This document shows, piece after piece, positions 1 to 8,941 of a stretch of DNA of 32,417 bases. Origin of the DNA: a virus (taxonomy: Duplodnaviria > Caudoviricetes). Positions within the stretch are counted from its first letter, which is position 1. The number at the start of each line of letters is the position of its first letter. Both the position numbers and the translations under genes were made by a program. The notes below the pieces were generated by a model that was not told where the DNA came from, did not search any database, and saw nothing but the letters and a program-made list of their open reading frames with translations. The stretch is taken from positions 1 through 32,417 of the IMG/VR virus record IMGVR_UViG_3300044858_001593; one strand, written 5' to 3'.

Positions 1-103
1 GGCCCTGTTGTTGGTTTCGTAACTATTAACTCATAAGGTGACAACATGAACGCACTACAAAATGTGAAGGTTGTCAACGTTACGCCACCAGCTGCAATCG
101 TTG
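1..103. repeat. Terminal direct repeat, left copy (circular assembly overlap); includes the last codons of the major capsid gene (1-36)
   Basis: 1-103 is identical to 32315-32417 (GGCCCTGTTG...GCAATCGTTG). Confidence 0.97.
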
Positions 104-489
104 ACAATGCATCGTTTACAACTAACACGATCGACACAGCTGGCTTTGGTAAGCTCGCAGTGTATTTCAGCCTCGGTGCAACAGACATCGCAATGGCAGC
201 CCTCAAACTCCAGGAGTCAGACGACTCTGGCATGAGTGGAGCTGCTGACATCACGGGCTGTGTATACGGCGCAACGGGTGCACCTGCACTGCCAACGGCT
301 ACCGATGACAACAAGGTCTTCGGGTTCTTTGTGAACCTCGCAGGTCGTGATCGTTATATCGACGTCGTTGCTACAGCTGGCGACGGCTCTGCTGGTACCT
401 TTGGTGCTTGCACTGCTATCCTCTACAACGGCGACCCGATTAACGACGCTACTGATCGCGGCCTCGCTGCTAACCTCATCAAGGACTAA
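46..489 (+). CDS. Putative capsid decoration/auxiliary head protein
   Basis: Starts 9 nt after the MCP stop across the junction, TAAGGTG SD, 147 aa beta-rich; followed by a strong hairpin. Function inferred from position. Confidence 0.6.
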   Translation: MNALQNVKVVNVTPPAAIVDNASFTTNTIDTAGFGKLAVYFSLGATDIAMAALKLQESDDSGMSGAADITGCVYGATGAPALPTATDDNKVFGFFVNLAGRDRYIDVVATAGDGSAGTFGACTAILYNGDPINDATDRGLAANLIKD

Positions 490-499
490 TCTGTTCTGA

Positions 500-521
500 C
501 TACGGGGCTTCGGCCCCGTGG
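500..521 (+). other. Stable C(UUCG)G RNA hairpin after the capsid/decoration genes (stabiliser or atypical terminator)
   Basis: CTACGGGGC-TTCG-GCCCCGTGG; no U-tract. Confidence 0.6.
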
Positions 522-542
522 TGAGCACAGCAAAGGTTTCCA

Positions 543-887
543 ATGGTTATACTATCGTCATCAGGTGCACGTGTTGATTTAGAGCTCCGTCAGGGGGCAG
601 CCTTTGCACGTACCTTCACACATAAGACGAACGGGGTTGTCACCAACATAACAGGTTACACCTTCGCCGGCCAGATTAGGACTATCGACAACGTGCTGGC
701 TGCAACGTTCACGATCACGATTGTCAACGCTTCGCAGGGTACGTTCTCGGTGGCACTAAGTGCAGCCAGTACGTCATCGCTGACAGTGGGCGAGGTGTAT
801 GTGTGGGATTTGGAGCAGACGGTCTCAAGTTCAACGAATGAACTTCTCAGAGGTTACGTCACTGTTCTCGGTGAGGTAACCCAGTGA
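543..887 (+). CDS. Virion structural beta-sandwich protein (resembles BppU N-terminal type domains)
   Basis: Pattern 'LRQGAAF...NITGYTFAGQIR...G.F.V.LS...T..L...YVWDLE...LLRG.V.V..EVT' is common in phage structural proteins. Confidence 0.55.
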   Translation: MVILSSSGARVDLELRQGAAFARTFTHKTNGVVTNITGYTFAGQIRTIDNVLAATFTITIVNASQGTFSVALSAASTSSLTVGEVYVWDLEQTVSSSTNELLRGYVTVLGEVTQ

Positions 888-1357
888 GCACCACGATAAA
901 CGTAGACCAGTCGACGATTAGTCTGAACATTGCAGACGAAGACCTCAAACTGAACGTTGACCAGTCTACTATCACGCTCGATGTTGCATCGGGTGGTTTG
1001 GTGCCTATCTCTGACGACCTCACACTGGTCGCTGGCGAAAACCTGTCGGCGCTCCGTGCTGTTACTACTAACTCTTCAGGTCAGGCTGTGTACGCTAGCA
1101 ACAATACGCTTGCTAATGCACAGGTCATCGGCATCGTATACACGGCCGCAAGTTCAGGGGCGAACGCAACGATTAAAATTTCGGGCATCCTGACAGACGC
1201 AAATTGGAACTGGACGAAGGGCACGGTTTACCTGGGCACGAACGGAACACTAACACAGACGGTACCAACGAACGGCGCTATCGTCGTTCACGTAGGCAAG
1301 GCCTTAACAGCGACGCAACTACTCATCGACATAGACACAATCATTCAAACGGTGTAA
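884..1357 (+). CDS. Putative head fibre/cement-like structural protein (DUF2190-like)
   Basis: 'AGENLSALRAV...A...VIGI...G...G.VYLGTNGTLTQT.P...VGKA' pattern; N-terminal NVDQSTI repeat; GTGA coupling. Confidence 0.55.
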   Translation: MSTTINVDQSTISLNIADEDLKLNVDQSTITLDVASGGLVPISDDLTLVAGENLSALRAVTTNSSGQAVYASNNTLANAQVIGIVYTAASSGANATIKISGILTDANWNWTKGTVYLGTNGTLTQTVPTNGAIVVHVGKALTATQLLIDIDTIIQTV

Positions 1358-1358
1358 C

Positions 1359-1868
1359 ATGGCAGAAAAGTATATCAAAAATAACAGCGGTCAGCTCGCA
1401 GAAGTCGAAGCTACCGTATCATCATCAGGCGCAACGGAAGCGGGCAAGATTGTAGCTCTTGACGGCGGCGGCAAACTGGACAATTCAGTATTGCCTTCTG
1501 GGATTGGTGCAACTGTAAAGGTTGCGGCAACTAGCGAGAACTTGAGTGCAGGCGATCTCGTGAACCTATGGAATGACAGCGGTACAGTTAAGGCACGCAA
1601 GGCAGATGCAAGCAATGGACGCCGTGCTCACGGCTTTGTTATTGCATCTACAACAAGCCCTGCAAACGCCACGGTATATCTTGATGGTACAATCACAGGC
1701 CTTACTGGATTGACACCCGGCGCTCCTTACTATTTGAGCGGTTCAAGCGCAGGTGATATTGTCTCAACTGCACCTAGCACATCGGGCTATATTTCGCAGG
1801 AAGTCGGCATCGCTCTGTCAGCAACCGAGATCAACTTTGAAGAACAGCAACCTATTACCCTTGCCTAA
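1359..1868 (+). CDS. Putative head fibre/cement-like structural protein, paralogous fold to 884-1357
   Basis: 'ENLSAGDLV...KADAS...AHGFV...GLTPGAPYYLS...G...P...Q.VGIALSATEI' pattern. Confidence 0.55.
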   Translation: MAEKYIKNNSGQLAEVEATVSSSGATEAGKIVALDGGGKLDNSVLPSGIGATVKVAATSENLSAGDLVNLWNDSGTVKARKADASNGRRAHGFVIASTTSPANATVYLDGTITGLTGLTPGAPYYLSGSSAGDIVSTAPSTSGYISQEVGIALSATEINFEEQQPITLA

Positions 1869-2074
1869 TGGCTAACCTACGACCGATAACAACCAGCGGC
1901 AATCTGTCGGAGTTTAGTAGCTCTGACAGTTTGGTATTCGGTGCGTCTATTGTTCTCGTAGAACAGGGCAGCAGCCCGAGCACGCCTGCATCTGGACTGA
2001 CTTTGTTGTATGTTAAGACCGACGGCAATCTGTATTTCAAAAACGATGCAGGCACGGAAACACAGCTTAACTAA
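1868..2074 (+). CDS. 68-aa structural protein, paralogue of the N-terminus of the next gene
   Basis: TAATG coupling on both sides; shares RPITT, EQGSSP.TPASG and Y.KTDG.LYFKNDAGTET with 2074-2280. Confidence 0.75.
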   Translation: MANLRPITTSGNLSEFSSSDSLVFGASIVLVEQGSSPSTPASGLTLLYVKTDGNLYFKNDAGTETQLN

Positions 2075-3201
2075 TGGCAGATAAAAGACCCATAACAACA
2101 CCGGCTGCACTCGCAGAGCTAACGAATAGTGATAGCTTGATTGCGGGCGCATCTGCTGTTCTTTCTGAACAAGGCAGCTCACCAGCTACGCCTGCATCTG
2201 GCTATGGCATAGTCTACGCAAAGACTGATGGCAAACTATATTTTAAGAACGACGCAGGAACCGAGACTGACCTGACCGCTACTGGTGGAGGTGGAACAAA
2301 CCCAGTCGTCCGCGAATACACAGCCAACGATACATGGACAAAACCAACAGCATCTAATTTTTGGGGTGCTTTAGTATTGTGCGTGGGTGCTGGTGGTGGT
2401 GGTGGTAGTGGTAGGCGCGGGGCTGCGTCAACAATTAGGGGTTCGGGCGCAGGTGGTAGTGGTGCTACTTATGCTTATCGTATTATGCGCGTTGCTACGT
2501 TATCGGCATCTAGTTATGCAATAACAATAGGCAGTGGGGGCCCGGGTGGCGCGGCAAGAACTACTAACGATACTAGCGGCGTTACGGGGACCAACGGCGG
2601 AATCACTAGTTTTGATTCTTTGGTCAGTGCTCGCAATGGTATAGGGGGCCTAAGCGGTTCAACTTCGTCAACCACTGGCACAACAAATGGGGGCAACGGC
2701 AATTTGAATACGCCTGCATTTGGCCCGTATAGTGCTAACGGTAATACCGGTGGCAGTGGCACCGCTAATGGTACCGGGGGTAGTGGAGGTAATGGATTGA
2801 ATTCTACGGCTGGTGCGGGCGGAGGAGGTGGAGGTGGTATAGATGCATTTAACAGCGTTCGCAACGGTGGAAGTGGAGGTAGTATTTATGACGCAGGCAC
2901 ACTTGGTACTGCTCCCGCAGGGGGCACAACTACAGGCACTCGCAACGGGACAGCAGGTAGCGACAGTGCTAATAACATCTTGCTAGACATCAACAACCCA
3001 ACAACTGCAGCAATGGGGTCTGGTGGCGGCGGAGGTGCTGCTGGAAATACTGCTGGCACAATAGCTGCTGGCAATGGTGCCAATGGTGGCAAAGGTGCAG
3101 GGGGCGGCGGTGGCGGTGGAAGCACTAACGGTGCTGACTCAGGAGCTGGCGGTAACGGCGGCGATGGTCTTGTTTTTGTAGTCGAATATTACGGAGCTTA
3201 A
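2074..3201 (+). CDS. Glycine-rich fibre protein
   Basis: 'TWTKP...VGAGGGGGSG...Y.ITIGSGG.GG...G.GGDGLVFVVEYY' glycine-rich domain typical of phage fibre proteins. Confidence 0.75.
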   Translation: MADKRPITTPAALAELTNSDSLIAGASAVLSEQGSSPATPASGYGIVYAKTDGKLYFKNDAGTETDLTATGGGGTNPVVREYTANDTWTKPTASNFWGALVLCVGAGGGGGSGRRGAASTIRGSGAGGSGATYAYRIMRVATLSASSYAITIGSGGPGGAARTTNDTSGVTGTNGGITSFDSLVSARNGIGGLSGSTSSTTGTTNGGNGNLNTPAFGPYSANGNTGGSGTANGTGGSGGNGLNSTAGAGGGGGGGIDAFNSVRNGGSGGSIYDAGTLGTAPAGGTTTGTRNGTAGSDSANNILLDINNPTTAAMGSGGGGGAAGNTAGTIAAGNGANGGKGAGGGGGGGSTNGADSGAGGNGGDGLVFVVEYYGA

Positions 3202-3204
3202 ACG

Positions 3205-3420
3205 ATGGAACCAAAACGATACGCAATGGTGAAAGACAACGTAGTGTACAATACGTGCCTATGGGATGGCTCGCTTGAAACATGGCAGCCGCCAGATGAC
3301 GGCACGGTTATGATTGCCAACGATTGGGCAGGCATTGGCGACTGGTGGGAAGAAAGCGAATCCCGCTTCTATCGTGCAATCCCTAATAACGATGACGTAG
3401 CGCAGGAGCAACAGCCATGA
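3205..3420 (+). CDS. Small fibre-associated/assembly protein
   Basis: 'YAMVKDNVVYN...WDG...WQPP...AGIGDWW...F' is typical of small partners encoded after Gly-rich fibre genes. Confidence 0.6.
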   Translation: MEPKRYAMVKDNVVYNTCLWDGSLETWQPPDDGTVMIANDWAGIGDWWEESESRFYRAIPNNDDVAQEQQP

Positions 3421-3701
3421 CAGTAGAGACTATGTTTGGTATCATCATGAGCACCATGCTGGCCATCATCGGCTTTTGGGTGAAGACGTTAGTAAATGAT
3501 TTCCGCGAAACACGTGACAACGTTATCGCCATGCACGAAGTCATGAGCAATACGACTAACGAAATCATCGCACTTAAGAAATCAGACGAACTAATCACAC
3601 AGCGCATTGTGGAGATCATTGAGCGGCTGGTAAGATTAGAAGAGCGCACAGGTCACACAGAACCCAAACCACGTAAGGCATACAAGCGTGTCACTAAGTG
3701 A
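3417..3701 (+). CDS. Membrane-anchored coiled-coil protein (lysis-associated, holin-like)
   Basis: Single N-terminal TM helix, coiled coil ending 'RLVRLEE', basic tail; AGGAG SD. Confidence 0.55.
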   Translation: MTVETMFGIIMSTMLAIIGFWVKTLVNDFRETRDNVIAMHEVMSNTTNEIIALKKSDELITQRIVEIIERLVRLEERTGHTEPKPRKAYKRVTK

Positions 3702-4062
3702 AGACCCGATAATTACGAAGGTACTTCCGAGGCGCATAGAACGGCCGAACGTATTCCAGAAAATACGACCTGTTCAGCCGTTGCCTGTCGTTGATGCTGA
3801 AGAACAGCCGAGCACTAACATTGTTGATAAAATCCACAATGCGTGGATTATGTTGCGTTTAGTACCTCATTTATTTACAATATGCAAAGGGGTTGCAATG
3901 AGCAACTGGAAAACCACCTTAACAGGCGTTGTCAAGCTCATATTTTTGGGACTTAGTTTGTTCGGTATTAGCACAGGCAACGTAACAGAAAGCCTCGTTC
4001 TTGGTGCTTGTTATGGCATTGTGGACATTATCCAATCCTATTTCACAGCCGATAAAAAGTAA
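3688..4062 (+). CDS. Putative holin; a short form may start at ATG 3898 (MSNWKTT...)
   Basis: Two hydrophobic segments in the C-terminal 54 aa with a KK terminus; SD-like AAAGGGG before 3898. Confidence 0.5.
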   Translation: MSLSEDPIITKVLPRRIERPNVFQKIRPVQPLPVVDAEEQPSTNIVDKIHNAWIMLRLVPHLFTICKGVAMSNWKTTLTGVVKLIFLGLSLFGISTGNVTESLVLGACYGIVDIIQSYFTADKK

Positions 4063-4078
4063 ATAGACAGGGCCAGAC

Positions 4079-5149
4079 ATGCCGCGTTTACGCCTGTCCG
4101 ATGTAGAGTACGATGCCGTGCGGGAAATCATCGAAGATTACCGTGCGGCTCGTATGAAGAAATCCCAGATAAAGGGTGGCATAATACGCGGCGCTGAAAT
4201 CAAGAACGCCCACGCCTTCGCTGCTGAGAATCCCGAAGTAATAAAAACGAAGATTGCGAAGGCAAAGGCAGCACTAAACAGCGTCCATGAACGTGAGGCC
4301 GAAGCACTTAAGAAACTACGAATAGCCGAAGCACCACCTACCGAATACGGGGCTGTTCCCTTCGACGATGCCATAGCAGGCGAATTACGTGATGACGAAG
4401 TATGCGAAATTAGACCTGGTAAGATAGGCATCATCTCGGATGCACACTGGCCATTCCATGACCTACGCAAGGACTCGGCCGGCAATTTCTACGGGGCATA
4501 CTGGACAGCCATAGAAACACTCCGTGATGAGGGCATAGACACGCTGGTATTAAACGGCGATATGCTCGACGTTTATAACCTGTCAGACCACGAGAAGGTC
4601 GAAGGGAAACGTTCTTGGAAGTGGGAATTGGATGTTGCTATCGCCATGCTGAAACACCTGCGGGCTTTCTTTGGTGATAAGGTACGCATCGTCTACCGTG
4701 AGGGCAACCACGAAGAAAGATACCAGCGCTACCTTGCACGTAAGGCGAAGGAACTAATCGGCACCGTTTACCTCGAGGAGTTTCTGAAACTACGTGAGAT
4801 CGGTATCGAGTGGGTATCAAAACGTGGCAAGATGCAGGCTGGCCAGCTGTGGATAGATCACGGCCATGAGTGGTTTGGTGGTGGTGGTGTAACACCAGGG
4901 CGAAACTACCGAATGAAGGCTCTCGACAATATCCTAGTGGGTCACGTGCATAGAACGTCCACGGACATGATTCGCAGGCCCTTAGACGGGTCTTTCATAG
5001 CAGGGTGGTCTGTTGGGTGCCTGTGCGATTTGAATCCTTTCTACGCGGCTCGTAACGGCTGGAATCACGGGTTCGCTCTTGTCGACCTGCAAGACTCGGG
5101 ACGTTTCACAGTTTACAACAAGATGATTATTGACGGAGAAGTGAGATGA
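4079..5149 (+). CDS. Calcineurin-like metallophosphoesterase
   Basis: Motifs DAH, GDMLD, GNHE, HGH and GHVH in the canonical order. Confidence 0.9.
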   Translation: MPRLRLSDVEYDAVREIIEDYRAARMKKSQIKGGIIRGAEIKNAHAFAAENPEVIKTKIAKAKAALNSVHEREAEALKKLRIAEAPPTEYGAVPFDDAIAGELRDDEVCEIRPGKIGIISDAHWPFHDLRKDSAGNFYGAYWTAIETLRDEGIDTLVLNGDMLDVYNLSDHEKVEGKRSWKWELDVAIAMLKHLRAFFGDKVRIVYREGNHEERYQRYLARKAKELIGTVYLEEFLKLREIGIEWVSKRGKMQAGQLWIDHGHEWFGGGGVTPGRNYRMKALDNILVGHVHRTSTDMIRRPLDGSFIAGWSVGCLCDLNPFYAARNGWNHGFALVDLQDSGRFTVYNKMIIDGEVR

Positions 5150-5436
5150 TCCCCACGTCGTTCAAACTCGGAGGCCACACATGGCGTGTGCGGATGTGCA
5201 AGATGCGCGGTGCCTATGGCGAGTGCGACGCTGAGAAACACACCATCCGCATAGCAACCCACGTAGACGGCCGGCTCACGACCATAGAAACGCAACTCAA
5301 GACCTTCTTGCACGAATGGTACCACGCTTTTGAGGCTGCCACTGGGCAAGATCACAATGAAGAGCGGACAAGGTTGTTTGAAGAAATGGCCTGGCAATCC
5401 TACAAAACAGCGAAGGGAAACCAATTAGATGTCTAA
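5146..5436 (+). CDS. Small zincin metallopeptidase-like protein (HEXXH)
   Basis: 'YGECD....TIRI...TFLHEWYHA...E' pattern; ATGA coupling. Confidence 0.7.
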   Translation: MIPTSFKLGGHTWRVRMCKMRGAYGECDAEKHTIRIATHVDGRLTTIETQLKTFLHEWYHAFEAATGQDHNEERTRLFEEMAWQSYKTAKGNQLDV

Positions 5437-5890
5437 CAAGTACAGGTGGCTAAAGATTGCCGAAGGTGAAAAGGGCATCAAGGAAATCACTGGCATCTCC
5501 TCGCACACTCCGAGAATCCTCGAATACCATGCACTTACCACGTTGAAAGCCAAAGCTGACGAAATACCTTGGTGTTCGTCATTTGTGAACTGGGTTTTTG
5601 ACCGCGCCGGCTACGCCATCACACGATCCGCTGCAGCCAAGTCATGGCTGAAGTGGGGGCGCGAGGTGCCTATGCAGTACGGGTGTTTGGTAGTTCTTAA
5701 ACGCAAGGGTGGCCATCACGTCGGTTTCTACACAGGTGAAAAAGGCGACAGCGTATATCTTCTCGGAGGGAACCAGTCGGATAAGGTGTGCGTAAGTTTG
5801 TATAAGAAAGACCTAATTTTATCAACACGTTTTCCAACGGAATTGAACGAAACCGATCAGGCAATTTTTGACGTTGTGGGGATTAAGTAA
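5429..5890 (+). CDS. Endolysin, TIGR02594-type NlpC/P60-like cysteine peptidase
   Basis: WL.IA..E.G.KE, DEIPWCSSFVNW, A.SWLKWG, GHHVGFY, LGGNQSDKV. Confidence 0.88.
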   Translation: MSNKYRWLKIAEGEKGIKEITGISSHTPRILEYHALTTLKAKADEIPWCSSFVNWVFDRAGYAITRSAAAKSWLKWGREVPMQYGCLVVLKRKGGHHVGFYTGEKGDSVYLLGGNQSDKVCVSLYKKDLILSTRFPTELNETDQAIFDVVGIK

Positions 5891-6469
5891 ATGGCACTCG
5901 TAACTGTCTCGGATATTAAGACAAGCTATCTCAACATTGGGGACAGCACGCAAGACACGCGCATTCTAGGCTTCATCCTGCAGGCTGGCTCTATTATCAA
6001 GGGCATCTGCAAACAACCTATCGAAACCGAGACCGTAGCGCTGGACTTCGTAGGTAACAGGATGCAGACCTATATCCTACCTTACACCGTGCCTGTTACC
6101 TTGACATCACTACAGTATAAGGAACACGTAGACGATGCAACCTGGACAACAGCCACAGGCGCTATCGTAGTCAAGGCAGATGGTGTATATCAGGTGTACT
6201 ATGACGAAGGTCTTAACTACGTTCTGTGGCGTGCGAATCTTACGGTCGGTTATACAGACGCCACTGCACCTTACGATCTTAAGAGTGTTTGCTCCGAAAT
6301 GGTCGTGGAGTTATTCAAAAACACAGATTATTCAGGACGTGAAAACAGAATCGGACTTCAGTCGGTGGCTTCGTCAGAAGGCGGCACGACAGTAACGACA
6401 GTATACCGTGACCTTACAAACCGATTCCGTGCACGGCTGGCACCCTATATCGTTAGGGCTTGGCTGTGA
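5891..6469 (+). CDS. Head-tail adaptor (HK97 gp6 / SPP1 gp15-like, long form)
   Basis: 'LVTVSDIK..YL.I.D...D..I...I..A' N-terminus, 'GY....PYDLK', 'LAPY' C-terminus. Confidence 0.8.
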   Translation: MALVTVSDIKTSYLNIGDSTQDTRILGFILQAGSIIKGICKQPIETETVALDFVGNRMQTYILPYTVPVTLTSLQYKEHVDDATWTTATGAIVVKADGVYQVYYDEGLNYVLWRANLTVGYTDATAPYDLKSVCSEMVVELFKNTDYSGRENRIGLQSVASSEGGTTVTTVYRDLTNRFRARLAPYIVRAWL

Positions 6470-6927
6470 TTAGTGTTGACGAATATGTCAGAAGAATACT
6501 GCTGAACTTGCCAGTGCTGGCGAAGGACGCCTTTGACCCTCAGCGTATGCAAACGGCGCTGGCAAGGGATATATCTATGAACTACGGTGAAACTGTTCGC
6601 AACCCAAAATATCCCCGTGTGCCTACAGGCAAAACTCTACAGCAAGTTGATGGTAATTTGTTCAAAGCAGCGACCGTATACAGAGCCAAAGGCAACGCTA
6701 CATCCTACGAACAACGTGGCAACACATACGCTTTCGTGTGGGGAATAGATTTGAACGTTATACCATACGCACGCATCCATGAATACGGTGGGCAGACAGG
6801 CCGTAACTACGCCGCGACTATCCCACCACGGCCCTACATTGGGCCTGCTATGCGATCGTTTCAAGACGGAAATTTCCCCCGTATAATCGACATCATGCTA
6901 CGTAAACTAGCAGAGGCTTCGTCATGA
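6466..6927 (+). CDS. Neck/tail-completion morphogenesis protein (Mu gpG / HK97 gp10-like)
   Basis: 'PYARIHEYGG...IPPRPYIGPA' signature; GTGA-coupled start preferred over TTG 6460. Confidence 0.8.
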   Translation: MISVDEYVRRILLNLPVLAKDAFDPQRMQTALARDISMNYGETVRNPKYPRVPTGKTLQQVDGNLFKAATVYRAKGNATSYEQRGNTYAFVWGIDLNVIPYARIHEYGGQTGRNYAATIPPRPYIGPAMRSFQDGNFPRIIDIMLRKLAEASS

Positions 6928-7397
6928 GCAGCACTTCGAAATACGCTATGGCTTTGGATCTTGTCAAGGACAAACTGTCTGACGATAAGACCTTCAACGT
7001 CATCAACGTCTTCACCAAAGAAACGGCCTTGTTCAACACCAAGGCGAACGTCTACGTTAACATCATTAGTGACACACTGACACCTCTGAACACGGAATCA
7101 GGGTTTAGAACCTCAATACGTCGGCTGTTGCTAGGCATCTACGCTGTGCAGAAAAACAGCCTTGACTCACAGGAACTTGGAACGGCTGCCATCATGCACG
7201 GGCAACTCAGCGAGAAGATAGACAAGGCGATGGACGCTGTCGAAGCTACGCTCCCCTATTCAGACGTCACCAGTGCAGGTTATACTGTAACACTGCACAG
7301 CATCGAGACAGGCAACGTAACGGGATACGTGGACGACAAGTCGGACAAGGTGGGTCTGTTGTACGAAGTAACTATATCTTATCTCCAGCAAGCATGA
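6924..7397 (+). CDS. Putative tail terminator protein
   Basis: Size and position after the neck gene; C-terminal strand 'YEVTISY'. Confidence 0.55.
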   Translation: MSSTSKYAMALDLVKDKLSDDKTFNVINVFTKETALFNTKANVYVNIISDTLTPLNTESGFRTSIRRLLLGIYAVQKNSLDSQELGTAAIMHGQLSEKIDKAMDAVEATLPYSDVTSAGYTVTLHSIETGNVTGYVDDKSDKVGLLYEVTISYLQQA

Positions 7398-7633
7398 CTG
7401 TATCTGAACTGATGAAGCATCTTCGCCAGATCCACAGCGTCTACGGCGACATCGACGTCAGGGTCGACTCGGATCTGTTCACGGATCACAGGCCACGGGA
7501 CGTCACCAGTACGACCGTGCAGGAATTCTTTGTTCGTGATGTTCAGGAAATCATCATCGGGCAATTCTTAAACGAACCATCACAAGCGAAAGTTGTTCTA
7601 TATGTCGGCAACGAACCAAAGCTCAGAGCCTAA
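7394..7633 (+). CDS. Hypothetical protein
   Basis: ATGA-coupled 79-aa ORF. Confidence 0.6.
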   Translation: MTVSELMKHLRQIHSVYGDIDVRVDSDLFTDHRPRDVTSTTVQEFFVRDVQEIIIGQFLNEPSQAKVVLYVGNEPKLRA

Positions 7634-8345
7634 ACACGTCGACGTAAGTTTCGCCTGCATAGCACACAAGAGCGAAGCACACCACGTCATGCAGATGATC
7701 TCAACGCTACCGAGTGGCTGCGAGGTGGTCGTGCTCTGGAATGAACAGGGCGACAATTCAGAGGTTGTAGAACGTAAGAAAATAACGCTAAACAATGGTA
7801 GCGTTGTTCGTTACTACGAAACGCAATGGCAAGATCTACACTTTGCCAACCTTCGCAACCTTTGCATTGGTCTCTGTTCTCGTGGGTGGGTAATGTGGAT
7901 AGACGCCGACGACCGTCTGCTAACCCATCAGCATAGTTGGTTTGACGACCTGACGATATACCCTGCCGGTGTTGGCGGGCTTGTGTGCGGATGTGTTGGA
8001 GTACAACCGAAGCACGAAGGCAACAGCAACGTTATGCGATACCATCATCCACAGACAAGGGTGTTTCGCAACAACAAAGCATTCGCCTTCAAGGGTGCTG
8101 CACACGAACAGATCACATGGTCGATAGAACAGCAGGGGCTAACACTTGAGACCTGTTCACTGTTAGTGCATCACGTAGGCTATGAAGTCGACGCCGACTC
8201 GATGATGGCCAAGGTGAGGCGTAACGTGAGAGGGCTCGCACGTGAGATTGCGGACTGTACAGATGATGACCAGTTAGTATACTGGACACAAATGATACAC
8301 CGTGACTCAGGATCATTTATGTATTATGTAACAAAGGACAAATAA
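7602..8345 (+). CDS. Glycosyltransferase family 2-like (GT-A fold)
   Basis: 'HFANLRN...WVMWIDADD.L', 'RVFRN...F.G..HEQI', 'VHHVGY'; ATG 7602 preferred over TTG 7593. Confidence 0.85.
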   Translation: MSATNQSSEPKHVDVSFACIAHKSEAHHVMQMISTLPSGCEVVVLWNEQGDNSEVVERKKITLNNGSVVRYYETQWQDLHFANLRNLCIGLCSRGWVMWIDADDRLLTHQHSWFDDLTIYPAGVGGLVCGCVGVQPKHEGNSNVMRYHHPQTRVFRNNKAFAFKGAAHEQITWSIEQQGLTLETCSLLVHHVGYEVDADSMMAKVRRNVRGLAREIADCTDDDQLVYWTQMIHRDSGSFMYYVTKDK

Positions 8346-8346
8346 C

Positions 8347-8922
8347 ATGGCACTCGCAACACGGGTCGTCGCCGGTGGTAATACCTTCGGCGCATGGACT
8401 GTCGAAGATACCGGCACTATTGGCGTCGGTTCGACATACCTCTACAAACTCAATGATAACATCATCTCAACAGATGTAACACGTGACGCTGCTTCTGGTG
8501 CTTACTCGATTTCTATCGAGCACGTCGAAGACACGCAGGCGCTGCAGACGTTTATCGAGACAGCAACCAACACAGGCGCTGGCGCTATCGAGGACTTGCT
8601 TCTCGAGAACGGCACAAACGAAACAGGCTCTGCTCAGAACCAGAAGCTAATCTGTGCAGTCAAGGGCGGTCTTGCTGGTGGTGGAAACCAGCAAAACACA
8701 GCCGTTCGTAAGGTAGGCGTTTTCCCACAGCGCCTGAACAACGAATCTGGCGGATGGACGCAGGCTGGTGAAACATACAACCGAGTAACGTTGTCTTTCG
8801 AAGGCTTCAAGCTGCAGAACCCTATCACGCTTGCTGCAACCTACTTCACTGACTTTATGACTTCAGCCGTACCTGTTACACTGTTCGGTACAATTCCATA
8901 CGGAACTGTAGTTTATAAGTAA
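8347..8922 (+). CDS. Putative major tail tube protein
   Basis: Directly upstream of the chaperone and tape measure genes; MA- start, AAGGA SD, followed by hairpins. Confidence 0.6.
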   Translation: MALATRVVAGGNTFGAWTVEDTGTIGVGSTYLYKLNDNIISTDVTRDAASGAYSISIEHVEDTQALQTFIETATNTGAGAIEDLLLENGTNETGSAQNQKLICAVKGGLAGGGNQQNTAVRKVGVFPQRLNNESGGWTQAGETYNRVTLSFEGFKLQNPITLAATYFTDFMTSAVPVTLFGTIPYGTVVYK

Positions 8923-8941
8923 CCTTCCGAGGTTACCCGGT

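Noticed and set aside
1-103. Biological terminal repeat of the virion DNA
   Set aside because: It cuts through the MCP 3' end and the next gene start; best explained as assembler overlap of a circular contig.
1868-2280. Diversity-generating retroelement TR/VR pair
   Set aside because: Differences are not adenine-specific, both copies are coding, and no reverse transcriptase is present.
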